Assembly (NCBI RefSeq): GCF_001194135.2
Contig: NC_069004.1
Span: forward strand, 34,557,736 to 34,621,735
DNA: 64,000 nt
Direction of reading: 5' to 3'
Origin: Octopus bimaculoides
Taxonomy: Eukaryota
This document shows, piece by piece, positions 52,379 to 64,000 of the stretch. Each line of letters begins with the position of its first letter. The first letter of the stretch is position 1. The notes beneath the pieces are model-generated. The model made no database searches and was not told the origin of the DNA. It saw only the letters and a program-made list of their open reading frames with translations. The position numbers were made by a program, and so were the translations under genes.

Positions 52379-52888
52379 TACACACACACAAATGTATTTA
52401 CACAAACACACACACGCAGGCATGCATGCACACACATAAATACGTATACACACATTGCAGCAGATAATTATGCTGAATCTGTCTGGCTAAAGCTTGCAGT
52501 AATTAGCCTAAGTTCTTAATGAGAGAAAATAATTGCACTGCTCGCCGTTTTTACACTTACTGACCCCAACAAACACCCTCCGGTTTTATTACGGTTGGGG
52601 CAATCTCCCGCTCTCACCATCACCATCTCCCTAGCATTCCAGATTTTACTCCGACTAAATTCACGTCTCAATGCCTACATGACTCTGGTTTACTGTCTGT
52701 GACTGTCTGAGGCTGGCTGAGTATCTCTGTGACGATATAAACGGAGAGGGAACAAAACAACAAATGGACAATAAAATACAGGGAACAGCAATAAAGAAAA
52801 TTGTATATGTGTGTGGGCCTGTGTGTATACATAGACAAGTATATGTGCGTATGTAAGTATACACACTCAAAAATATGCATATATGAGC

Positions 52889-52929
<41 letters not shown>

Positions 52930-53665
52930 CAGGGTGGGTAAGATATTTGAGGACAGATTTACGATTACATATATACATATATGTATAGACAAACACACAC
53001 GCATATATATGTATATATATATATGCATATATATGATTATACGCATGAAACGTGTACTGCAATATATGCGTGTATATATGTGTATACATATGACTGATGC
53101 GTATATAGTTTGCATGTGAAAATATGTCAGGTTTTTAATTGAATATCTTTAGCATTTGTTGTTGAACGAGTGTTTGCGTTCAATATTTCTGTGCATCTCT
53201 GTAATACGTTTGAATTGTATATTTTTAGATGCATTTAATGTATCTCTGCACATATCTATATATTTATATATCAAATAATAATAATAATAATATGTATACA
53301 CACACATATCTCTCTCTCTCTTATATATATATGCATAAATACACCTGTTTAAATATACATACACAAAATTACCTCTTGATAAATTTATATATACATACAT
53401 ACATACATCTAAGGATATACACACACGCACACATATACATGTGTATACAAACATACACACGCGTGTTTATGTCTATGTGAGATTAGAGGTTGTTAAAAGA
53501 AGGGAGCCTGTGTTTACTGGACCTCGAAGGCATCACATCACGCGTATAACTGAAAATCACAACTTACAACTATAAAAACTAGATGCTTCTGCTTATTTAC
53601 TTCAGCTACCTTATTATTATTATTATTATTATTATTTATTTATTTGTTATTATTATTATTATAAA

Positions 53666-53840
53666 AAGCGACGAGCTTGGCAGAAACGTTAGCACGCCGG
53701 ACAGAACGCCTAGCGGTATTTCGTCTGTCGTTACATTCTGGGTTCAAATTCCGCTGAGGTCGACTTTGCTTTCATATTTTCGGGGCCGATTAAATAAGTA
53801 CCTTCCCCCAAATCTCAAGCCTTGTACCTAGTGTAGAAAA
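53666..53840 (+). mobile_element. SINE-like family A copy
   Basis: gcgacgagcttggcagaaacgttagcacgccggacagaacgcctagcggtatttcgtctgtcgttacattctgggttcaaattccgctgaggtcgactttgc. Confidence 0.85.
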
Positions 53841-54048
53841 GAACAGTTCTCACGCCGGATGAAATGCTTGGCATCTGCAGACTAGGCTTGGCGATAACTA
53901 TTAATTTCCAGTACCGCTGTCGTAGTCTCCTTTAGAGAGACTTAGAAATATTAATAACTCTATTTCTGAAAACCAGTGGATAGATTCCACTGAAATTAGA
54001 TCAATAACTTTCGAACAGATAGTCAGCAGCGCCGCCTGGCTAGGGCTT

Positions 54049-54865
54049 NNNNNNNNNNNNNNNNNNNNNNNNNNNNNNNNNNNNNNNNNNNNNNNNNNNN
54101 NNNNNNNNNNNNNNNNNNNNNNNNNNNNNNNNNNNNNNNNNNNNNNNNNNNNNNNNNNNNNNNNNNNNNNNNNNNNNNNNNNNNNNNNNNNNNNNNNNNN
54201 NNNNNNNNNNNNNNNNNNNNNNNNNNNNNNNNNNNNNNNNNNNNNNNNNNNNNNNNNNNNNNNNNNNNNNNNNNNNNNNNNNNNNNNNNNNNNNNNNNNN
54301 NNNNNNNNNNNNNNNNNNNNNNNNNNNNNNNNNNNNNNNNNNNNNNNNNNNNNNNNNNNNNNNNNNNNNNNNNNNNNNNNNNNNNNNNNNNNNNNNNNNN
54401 NNNNNNNNNNNNNNNNNNNNNNNNNNNNNNNNNNNNNNNNNNNNNNNNNNNNNNNNNNNNNNNNNNNNNNNNNNNNNNNNNNNNNNNNNNNNNNNNNNNN
54501 NNNNNNNNNNNNNNNNNNNNNNNNNNNNNNNNNNNNNNNNNNNNNNNNNNNNNNNNNNNNNNNNNNNNNNNNNNNNNNNNNNNNNNNNNNNNNNNNNNNN
54601 NNNNNNNNNNNNNNNNNNNNNNNNNNNNNNNNNNNNNNNNNNNNNNNNNNNNNNNNNNNNNNNNNNNNNNNNNNNNNNNNNNNNNNNNNNNNNNNNNNNN
54701 NNNNNNNNNNNNNNNNNNNNNNNNNNNNNNNNNNNNNNNNNNNNNNNNNNNNNNNNNNNNNNNNNNNNNNNNNNNNNNNNNNNNNNNNNNNNNNNNNNNN
54801 NNNNNNNNNNNNNNNNNNNNNNNNNNNNNNNNNNNNNNNNNNNNNNNNNNNNNNNNNNNNNNNNN
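54049..54865. other. Assembly gap (N), largest in the window, not flanked by microsatellite
   Basis: Run of 817 N. Confidence 1.
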
Positions 54866-54913
54866 AAAATATTCGCCTGTGTATGCACATTCATGTACGT
54901 GTATATACGTAAC

Positions 54914-54955
<42 letters not shown>

Positions 54956-55483
54956 TGTGTGTGTGTATCACCCTATCTGCACAGAAAAAGCAAAATGAAA
55001 TGAGTATTTAGGCAGAACGAAAATTGAGAAAACTAAGTAAAGCAAATTCCCTAATAATGTTTATCGCTACTGTAATTGTGTTTATCTTGTGTAATTATAT
55101 TTACCGCTATTGTAAAATTTAATTTACTGGTCGTGCGTGAATTGTGTTTTAATGAAATTGAAAGAACTTTGATATCATTCCTGCTAGTGGAGACGGTGTG
55201 TGCGCGTATGTGTGTGTGTGTGTGTGTGTGTATGTGAGAGATAAAGAGTGGGTGTGTATGTGTACGTATGTATGTGGGATGTGTGTATATGTTAGAGTGT
55301 GTGTGCACATAAGTATTTTCTCGCGTTATCTATATACATACACAGATATGCGTCTATGTATATATATTTACATACACATATATATATAACACACAAATAA
55401 ATATACATATATAGACACACGAAGATATATATATATATACACACACAAATATATATATACATATACATCCATACATATATATT

Positions 55484-55533
<50 letters not shown>

Positions 55534-55615
55534 CATATTTACGTATGTATTTGAATATACATCTATGTGGATTCGTAATATGTAGGTAATATGTATGCAT
55601 GTATGTATGTATACA

Positions 55616-55651
<36 letters not shown>

Positions 55652-57328
55652 TGTTTTTATGCTTGTATGCATTGTTTCTTCAATTGTATTGAACTTTACA
55701 ACTGGAACTAAGTCAGATTATAATAAACATTTTGTTGAAAATTCGATATGCGCTGGAAATCTCATCTCGTCTCTCATTTACAGCTTTTGCACCTCCACAC
55801 AGACGTCGGTCGAACTATTTCTGATCATTGCTGTTTACAACTGGCTCTTCAAATGTACACTTGTTTCCCCTTTTCTTAACGCTTTCATCTCTTAAGGGAC
55901 AGTGCTTCATTTGGCCAGTGCCCGACACTGCGATTTTGTCCCAGTAGAATGACCTTCAGCACCGCTAAGTTACATAACGAGTGCTCTGAAACCGAAATCT
56001 ATAGAGGTGATCGTACAAGAGACATTTGACGGATCAGTTACGTGTCTGGAATGGTTTATAATGCATGTCCATTTATAATGCATGTCCACTGTGATGCTCA
56101 CATGATATGTTGAAGCAATCCAGACTTGGAAAACTATCGCCAATAATTGATATTTTGACAATATCGAAATCTCTGGATTGATCCAAATAAAGAAACAATC
56201 CTTCACAGAAAACACATTATCCACAATTTCTAAAATCTAATGCCTGTTGGTGTGGGTTTTCGTGGTTGGATTACTCGAGTATCATGCTGGTCTGCTCGAC
56301 CATGACCACACGACGGAGGACAGGATATCATCTTGGCCAAAGTCTTAAACTCTGCATCCCAGTGTCATGAGCTTGGTGTTAGCAACAATGTCTCTCTTAT
56401 TCCAGTCCTTCCATAGCAGAACCACCACTCCATGGATATCATAGATGGAAAAGATCTCAGTTAATCGCCAGCAGTTACAGGTAACTGCTAAGAAGGGAGC
56501 TAACAAATCCAGGATGTATCCATTATGAGCATTAGGTACACCATCCAAATGAGACAATTTGCCTGTTGGACAAGACCTGGCAGCTGTCTGCACCTCAGCT
56601 GTTCCACCAGTTTCTCTTAACACTCTGCAGTTTCTACAAGGAACAGCGGCAGACTAGAAACCCACACCCCAACATCAGCACCCCTGAATGACCACAAGAG
56701 AGCTGGGTCTCTGCTAAAAATAGAATATCACGTGGTCTGCCAAAGACATAATTATAGGGCTAGATATCACTTCCGGTCTTTGACACTCGATCTCGTCAAA
56801 TGGCTTTCGTGTGACCAAAATAGATGTGACCACGGTTTTGAAAATGAGATCTTTGTGTTTTGCGACGTAGAAAAAGATCGAGTGCCGGACGCATGGCTAA
56901 GAACCTCTCTTCAAGTCTGCACAACAACTGCTCCTCTACTCCACTGTTTTCCATCACGAGTTCTTCACTATATCCTATCACTTAACACTACCAATAATGA
57001 TGATTGTTATAACGACGACGACGACGGTAACCAAGATTTTAAAAGCACAATTTCCAAAACAGAAATGTTAATAATAATAATAATAATAGCAGTAATAATG
57101 GTGATGATGATGATAATAACGATAATAAAAATACTAATAACAATAAAAAGCAAAATTTTAAAAACATACTTTCCATGTAATAATAATGATAAATAATAAT
57201 AATAATTCTTATAATAGCAAATAAATATACAGAACAAAAAGGATTTTTTTCAGAAAGAAATCCGGTTAACATAAAACGTACATCATAAATTATATAAATA
57301 TTCATAGAGAATAATATTCTAAGACAAA

Positions 57329-57402
<74 letters not shown>

Positions 57403-57723
57403 AACAATATATGAGTATATGCATATATATGTACATGTATGTATATACGTTCATCTACATGTACATATAGATACATAACTGGGTACATGACGTGGCAAAT
57501 ATATATATTTGTCTGCATACACCCACATAAATATGTATCTATGAATGTATGTATACAAATGTTTATGTGATTTTCTGCATACATGTGTGTGAAGAAATTG
57601 AAGTGGAGCAAACAAAAACCAAATACGTATTGCATAATAAAAAAATATGGAAACATTCGAATGATTTTCGTTCTCGTAGACTATTTATTATAATTCCGTA
57701 CATACACACATTATTTATTTATT

Positions 57724-57754
<31 letters not shown>

Positions 57755-58689
57755 ATACATACACACACACACATGTAACGCGTATTCTATGGGGAGAGAG
57801 AAAGGGGAGGTAATAAACAAATAAATACATAAATCCAGTCACACATCAACCACACACTTCAGGTCGAGATTTGCAACACACACTGAACAGCAAAATCAGT
57901 CAGGCGTGCCAAGACATGCGCAGTGCAAGTGAACAATCCGTCTCATTTAGGAAAAAAAAGGTAAATAACAATAACAAAAAGAATATTATCTGTATGTGAA
58001 AATGTCTGTTGTTTGTAAAATAGGAACGAAGCTATATACGCCTGTGATGGCGTATGCGTGTTTGCATGCACAAATATATTATATACATATATGTATATAT
58101 ACACATACATACACAAATGCGTATCATATACACTAACACAAAGCTTATGAATACATATGTATATACCTATATATATATACATGTATTGTATCTATAAGTA
58201 TATACCTACAAAATGATGTATAGGAATATATATGTATATATATATATGTACGTGTGTGTGTGTGTGTGTGTGTCCATATATACATGCTTCTTTATGTGCG
58301 TGGACGTGTGTTTACTTGCTTGTATGTGTCGGCATATACATATGTGTGCATACGTGAGTAAGCATGTATGTGTATGCGAATATACAGTTGCAGCGACGAG
58401 GACACGTGTATGCAAGTCTATCACGCACACATAAGCACGCAAGCACACACACTCACTCACTCACACACAGGTATAGAGAAAGCTATTGTCACATACATGC
58501 AAAGTGACACACAGACTTTATGTTAAATAATATATCAACTCTGTTAAATACGTGTGTACACCATGTATGTACATAGAGGAACCGACATGAGAATATATAT
58601 ATATATATATACACACATACACACACACACACTGACTGTCATAAATACATCTAAACTGAAAATCCTGTAACACAAGAAGAAGTGCGATA

Positions 58690-58830
58690 GGTACACAAGC
58701 TTCGCAATCACATGGTCCTGGGTTCAGTCCCGCTGCGTGGCATCTTGGGCAAATGTCTTCTAATGTAGATTCGAACCAACCAGAAACTTGTAAGTGAATT
58801 TAATACAAGGAAACGGAAGACTGTCGTATA
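58690..58830 (+). mobile_element. SINE-like family B head
   Basis: cacatggtcctgggttcagtcccgctgcgtggcatcttgggcaaatgtcttcta. Confidence 0.75.
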
Positions 58831-59414
58831 TATGTATATATATTTGTTGCCCACAGGGGGCTAAACATATATATATGCATACATGTATGTATGTATTATT
58901 TAGGCTTTCACGCCATAACAGAAGTTAATCATATATATTGAAATTCAACCTGTAAGTGGAATGGTAAAAATATACAAGAATTTATTTTCTAATTTAGCAT
59001 GTAACTGTAGATAAATAGATGTCTAAGTACCAATATTGTTCCAACGTTATGTTGGAGTGGAACCAACTACTGCGAAGAGACAGATTCAAAGAAAGACTAA
59101 CCCACACCCTACTCAATCCACCTCACCCCCTCAAAAATGAACATCTTATATAAATACATTTGCATATAAACACGCAAACCTTCACACACATAAATATACA
59201 CAAAGGTGTATATAGGTTTATGAAACACACACATACAAGCTCTCATATACACACACATATGTACATACACATATAATGCATAGTTACGTTCATTTTTGTA
59301 CACCTACAAAACATATATACACCACAGACATATATACACTTGCACGACCTACACACACGCATATATATACATATATGTAAATGCATAGCAGCACACAACC
59401 ACACACCAATTTAT

Positions 59415-59450
<36 letters not shown>

Positions 59451-61057
59451 CTACACATATATATCACAAACATGCATGTAAACAGAATTACGCATATATA
59501 CACACACGCTTCTATATCCCCCATTGTTTGCCAATCACCCCTGGCCTATGGAACTTAAGTCACAGAACAATGAAGAGAACAGCATCTCGTAGAAGTCGCT
59601 TTATTCTACAGCTGCACCACCAGCACCAACATCTCAAACAGCACCATCAAAAACAACATCAGCACCAGTACCACCAATACCAAACATCTAGACAAGGAAA
59701 TGTTTGCAATATATTAATCATAAATAACAAAAAAAAAAAAACCGCCACTAAAATACTACGCTACTCTATATATTCATTGCGATATTTTCACAAAGCCGAG
59801 CCTACCTAATATCTCTATTTTATGGTCGCCATCTTTGAGTTACTTCTTTTAAATATTCTATCATAACTAAAGGAATATTTCAGCCTGGATAATAATATTC
59901 TTGAAGCTTTCCGATTCTAAGACTTTTAATGCTTTTCTTTTTTTTTCTTCATAGTTTCATTGTCATTTTTTTTATTATCTGTTTTATTTTTATATAATGT
60001 TATTTTTTGTTTTCAGTTTTATGAGATTGTAATAATTTCTATTCTAGTATTGTTGTATTATACAACCGCATAGACACATAGGTATATATAAATATGCCAT
60101 ATATATATATACATACATATGTATATATATATATATATATGTATCTATGTATATATATTTAGATAGATAGATACAAGTATTCTCATAAGCCTCATTCAAT
60201 ATATATACATACATATACATATATATAATCTGATTCTATACTGTTATAATCATGAGCACCGTATGTCTGTATATGTACGTAAATTGATGTATATATTTAT
60301 ACATATATATATNNNNNNNNNNNNNNNNNNNNNNNNNNNNNNNNNNNNNNNNNNNNNNNNNNNNNNNNNNNNNNNNNNNNNNNNNNNNNNNNNNNNNNNN
60401 NNNNNNNNNNNNNNNNNNNNNNNNNNNNNNNNNNNNNNNNNNNNNNNNNNNNNNNNNNNNNNNNNNNNNNNNNNNNNNNNNNNNNNNNNNNNNNNNNNNN
60501 NNNNNNNNNNNNNNNNNNNNNNNNNNNNNNNNNNNNNNNNNNNNNNNNNNNNNNNNNNNNNNNNNNNNNNNNNNNNNNNNNNNNNNNNNNNNNNNNNNNN
60601 NNNNNNNNNNNNNNNNNNNNNNNNNNNNNNNNNNNNNNNNNNNNNNNNNNNNNNNNNNNNNNNNNNNNNNNNNNNNNNNNNNNNNNTATATATATATATA
60701 TATATATATATGCGCATTTTATTTGTGATTAGCTGAAAGTGATTTTATGCGTATTTGCAGGTGATTTGGTGCGTTTGTGAGATGTATGTTTTTCTCATAT
60801 TTATTTGGTATTGTGTGAAGAATGCAGTATGAAGACAAAGCTATCACTGCCAGAGTTTTAACTGCACTACATCTTGTGATGAAGTCAATTGTATGGCAAA
60901 CGTCGTGAAGCTATGGAAGTTGTGCATGCTCTCGGGTGTTCTGCATATGCTCGTGTGACTTTTTTCTTTTTAATATGTATTTGTTATAGTGAGAATAATA
61001 ATGATGTCCAAGTAAAACAGTGAAAATGTTTTTTTTTAAATTTTTTTAATGGACATA

Positions 61058-61390
61058 AGTGCAGGTGTGGCCGTGTGGTTAAGAACCTAGTTATGCAACC
61101 ACGTCGTTTCCTGTTCAGGCCCGTTGCGTGATACTTTGAGCAAGTGTAGAAGCCCATCGATATATATATATATGTATATATATATATATGGTACGTGCGT
61201 GTGTGTGTGTGTGTGCGTTTCCTATCACGACCTGACAGTTGGCACTACTTTGGTATTGTCGTGATTCGGCAAATAGAGACACATAGAATAAGCAGAAAAC
61301 TTATAACTATGTCGATTAGTTCGACGAAACCCTTTGAGGCGGTGCCCCAGTATGGCCGCAGTCCAGTGACTGAAACAAGTAACTGTAAAA
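61058..61390 (+). mobile_element. SINE-like family B, head plus internal (TA)n(TG)n plus body
   Basis: Head gcaggtgtggccgtgtggttaagaa, microsatellite at about 61160-61215, then a body ending gaggcggtgccccagtatggccgcagtccagtgactgaaacaagtaa. Confidence 0.75.
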
Positions 61391-62318
61391 GGTAAACCAT
61401 TTTGGCTACGTGGTAAATGAGTTGACTTCAAAATTAGGTCGTTCTGATTTCGATCCCAGCATGTTGCATTTGGGGGCAAATATTTTCTACCAAAACTTCG
61501 GATCGCCCAATGATTGGTGAGTACAGTTTCACAGTAGAAACTAGGTGGAAGCCCACTAAAAAAACGCTCCTTTTTCCCGAACGATATATTTAATCTATTG
61601 TCCCTTCCATCCCCCTGAGCCTGCTCCTTAAAAGGTGTTGTCTTTAAAAGGGACAATCGCTATCGTGTCAGCATTCGAGCGAGGCATTTTCTTGAAGAAT
61701 AACTTGCTTCCTTTCTCCCCCAACGGATTTAAATCTTTATAAATAATGAATGATGATACCTTTTTCCGTTCGCATTCAGAGAGTTCAAAGAACCAAAAAC
61801 AATACGAAAAATTGAAGTCTGTTCGAACGTTTGTTAATTTATTTGTGTGTATCCTTACCCTATTGGTTAATAGTATGGTATACTGGCTATATATGTGTGA
61901 TATTTGGAACAAGTGTGGGATATTATGTAGAGCAAAGGTACCGTATTGGGACATCGGGTAAATGGATAGTATTGTAGGATAATTCATGTAATAATTTTAA
62001 GTATTATGAAAAATGCAGTCGGAAGATGGAATAAATAATGGCTTCTTGAGGATAAGACGTGTTCTACGTCGTTAAGCTGTATGCAAAGACTTGCAACTTG
62101 AAAAACGTTATGTCGTGTAAGAAAAAGTTATCTGAGTTTGAAGAAAACATAAATCGCAGGAGATTGCAAATAGAAAAAAATATGATTATAGAGATAGGTT
62201 TTCAAAAGTGACAAAGACTCTAGGTTTTTATTTTGTATCTTTTTTTTTTCCGATTGTCTGTGTATGTGTGTATAATCTAATTCAAAAATAATTTACAGGC
62301 AAATATATACAATGAATG

Positions 62319-62349
<31 letters not shown>

Positions 62350-63309
62350 CGTGAGTATGTTCATGTACAAATACACACAATAATATATACTCAACTATAT
62401 GCAGATACATACATGCGTCACTCTTTCTCTCACTATGTATATATTAGACACACACATCATAAAATTCTCAGCGTATATGTACGTACGTTTGTATATATAT
62501 ATATATATATATATATACTCACACACGTGCATAGATACACGCAAATATTTCATATCACTAGTTTTGTACTGTTAGTCACCACTCATTTCTCTACTAAGCT
62601 ACTCCCAATTGACAATAAGTAACAGCGTTCCCCACGCATATTTACCATCGATCACCCTACCTTGTTAATTTCCTGTCTCCACCGTCTCCTCTGTTCCCCC
62701 TCTTAGATATGTCACCTTGTTGGAGGTATGCTCTGGCATCTCATTACCAGCATATCTTCCTCTCTTTTTGGTACCATTCTACCCACCTCATCTAACCAAA
62801 GCTAAAGCAAAGAAGCTCTTTTTCTCGCGTCTTGCAACATATTCTCCAATGTGCCGCCAAAAATACACCAAGTACGCTCTGTATAATTTTTTATGCTAGG
62901 AAGGGTATTCAGTCGTAAAGCAAGCTCAGAGCCAGGCATTGCAGTAAGATCTGGTTCTTCCACCTGTTGCATCCTCCAAAATCCATGCCATCATTTAAAA
63001 AAAACGGACAAATAATAATTATACACACACACACAGGTATACATACATGCATGCATNNNNNNNNNNNNNNNNNNNNNNNNNNNNNNNNNNNNNNNNNNNN
63101 NNNNNNNNNNNNNNNNNNNNNNNNNNNNNNNNNNNNNNNNNNNNNNNNNNNNNNNNNNNNNNNNNNNNNNNNNNNNNNNNNNNNNNNNNNNNNNNNNNNN
63201 NNNNNNNNNTATATATATATGGCATTGCAAGTATGTATGATGTGTGCTAAGTTGTAAGTATATGTGCATGTATATAAAGGCGTGTTTACTTGCGTGGGTG
63301 TGTATATGC

Positions 63310-63347
<38 letters not shown>

Positions 63348-63949
63348 AGTACCTATGCGTGTGTGAGGTTTTTGTGGCATCAAGTATCAAAGACGCATAA
63401 ATACCATTCCTTTCACTTGATTACTCGCAGCTCTATAATAATTTGTTCCAATTCCATTGGTAACCTCAGTTTCTACTTCCGGCTGTCCTCATGCTCAGTT
63501 CCGTTTTATTCGCTATTCCACGTTCACTTTTACATTTTTCATTCTTTTTCCCCTTTTCGTGTATTTTATTGTTTGTTGTTAGCTATTTGCTGGTGATGGT
63601 GGTGTTGCTTGACTCCAAGTCAGATCTGATCGAACAGACTAACGACGTTCCAAATGTGACCAACCTCATCTTCCCCCGATGCACAGGATGACGAAAATAA
63701 TATCGGTTTCAAATTTTGGCACAAGGTCAGCAATTTCAGAGGCAATTTGCTCTACCAACGCCCTCACGCGAGTCTTATACTTTTGGGGGACTGAAATATT
63801 TTCTGGTCCTAAAGAGAATAGCTTGTCTTTGGGATGATGCAGTCTGCACGTAAACATACATGCATCTACACATACCCAGGTACAAGTCCATGATTGACCA
63901 CTAAATCCACGTTTTTTTTTTTTTGTTCTCTCTCTGTTTATTTCCTCGT

Positions 63950-64000
63950 GTTCCTTTCTGTTGAAGAGCGTAGGCTCGAAACGTAAAAGACTTTCTCACT
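63950..64000 (+). repeat. GAGCGTAGGCTCGAAACGT repeat family, running off the window end
   Basis: ttcctttctgttgaagagcgtaggctcgaaacgtaaaagactttctcact. Confidence 0.6.

Noticed and set aside
61628-61987. 119-aa minus-strand ORF in non-repetitive sequence
   Set aside because: No recognisable domain, no strong splice sites, and the composition is typical of AT-rich non-coding DNA.

Overview
This is AT-rich, microsatellite-saturated animal nuclear DNA with many N gaps, not a prokaryotic or viral window. The SINE-like repeat families and the mitochondrial ND5 fragment point to an octopod cephalopod; this is inferred and not database-verified. Almost all ORFs in the supplied track are microsatellite or N-gap artefacts. 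Only one protein-coding exon is well supported: a 155-bp minus-strand exon (17346-17500) encoding the end of a fasciclin (FAS1) domain, so most of the window is probably intron or flank of a FAS1-domain gene. Other solid features are a 342-bp indel-free ND5 NUMT, an adjacent LTR with its polypurine tract, a Tc1 transposase relic, a TTAA-flanked piggyBac-type MITE, a Tc1/mariner-type MITE with a triplicated left end, R4/Dong-like retrotransposon 3' ends and dozens of SINE copies, several arranged as close inverted pairs. I found no evidence for a new multi-gene system. The most interesting items are the NUMT/LTR cluster, the orphan FAS1 exon, the dsRNA-forming inverted SINE pairs and a few unexplained palindromic or CpG-rich islands. 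SINE and other repeat boundaries are approximate, read by eye.
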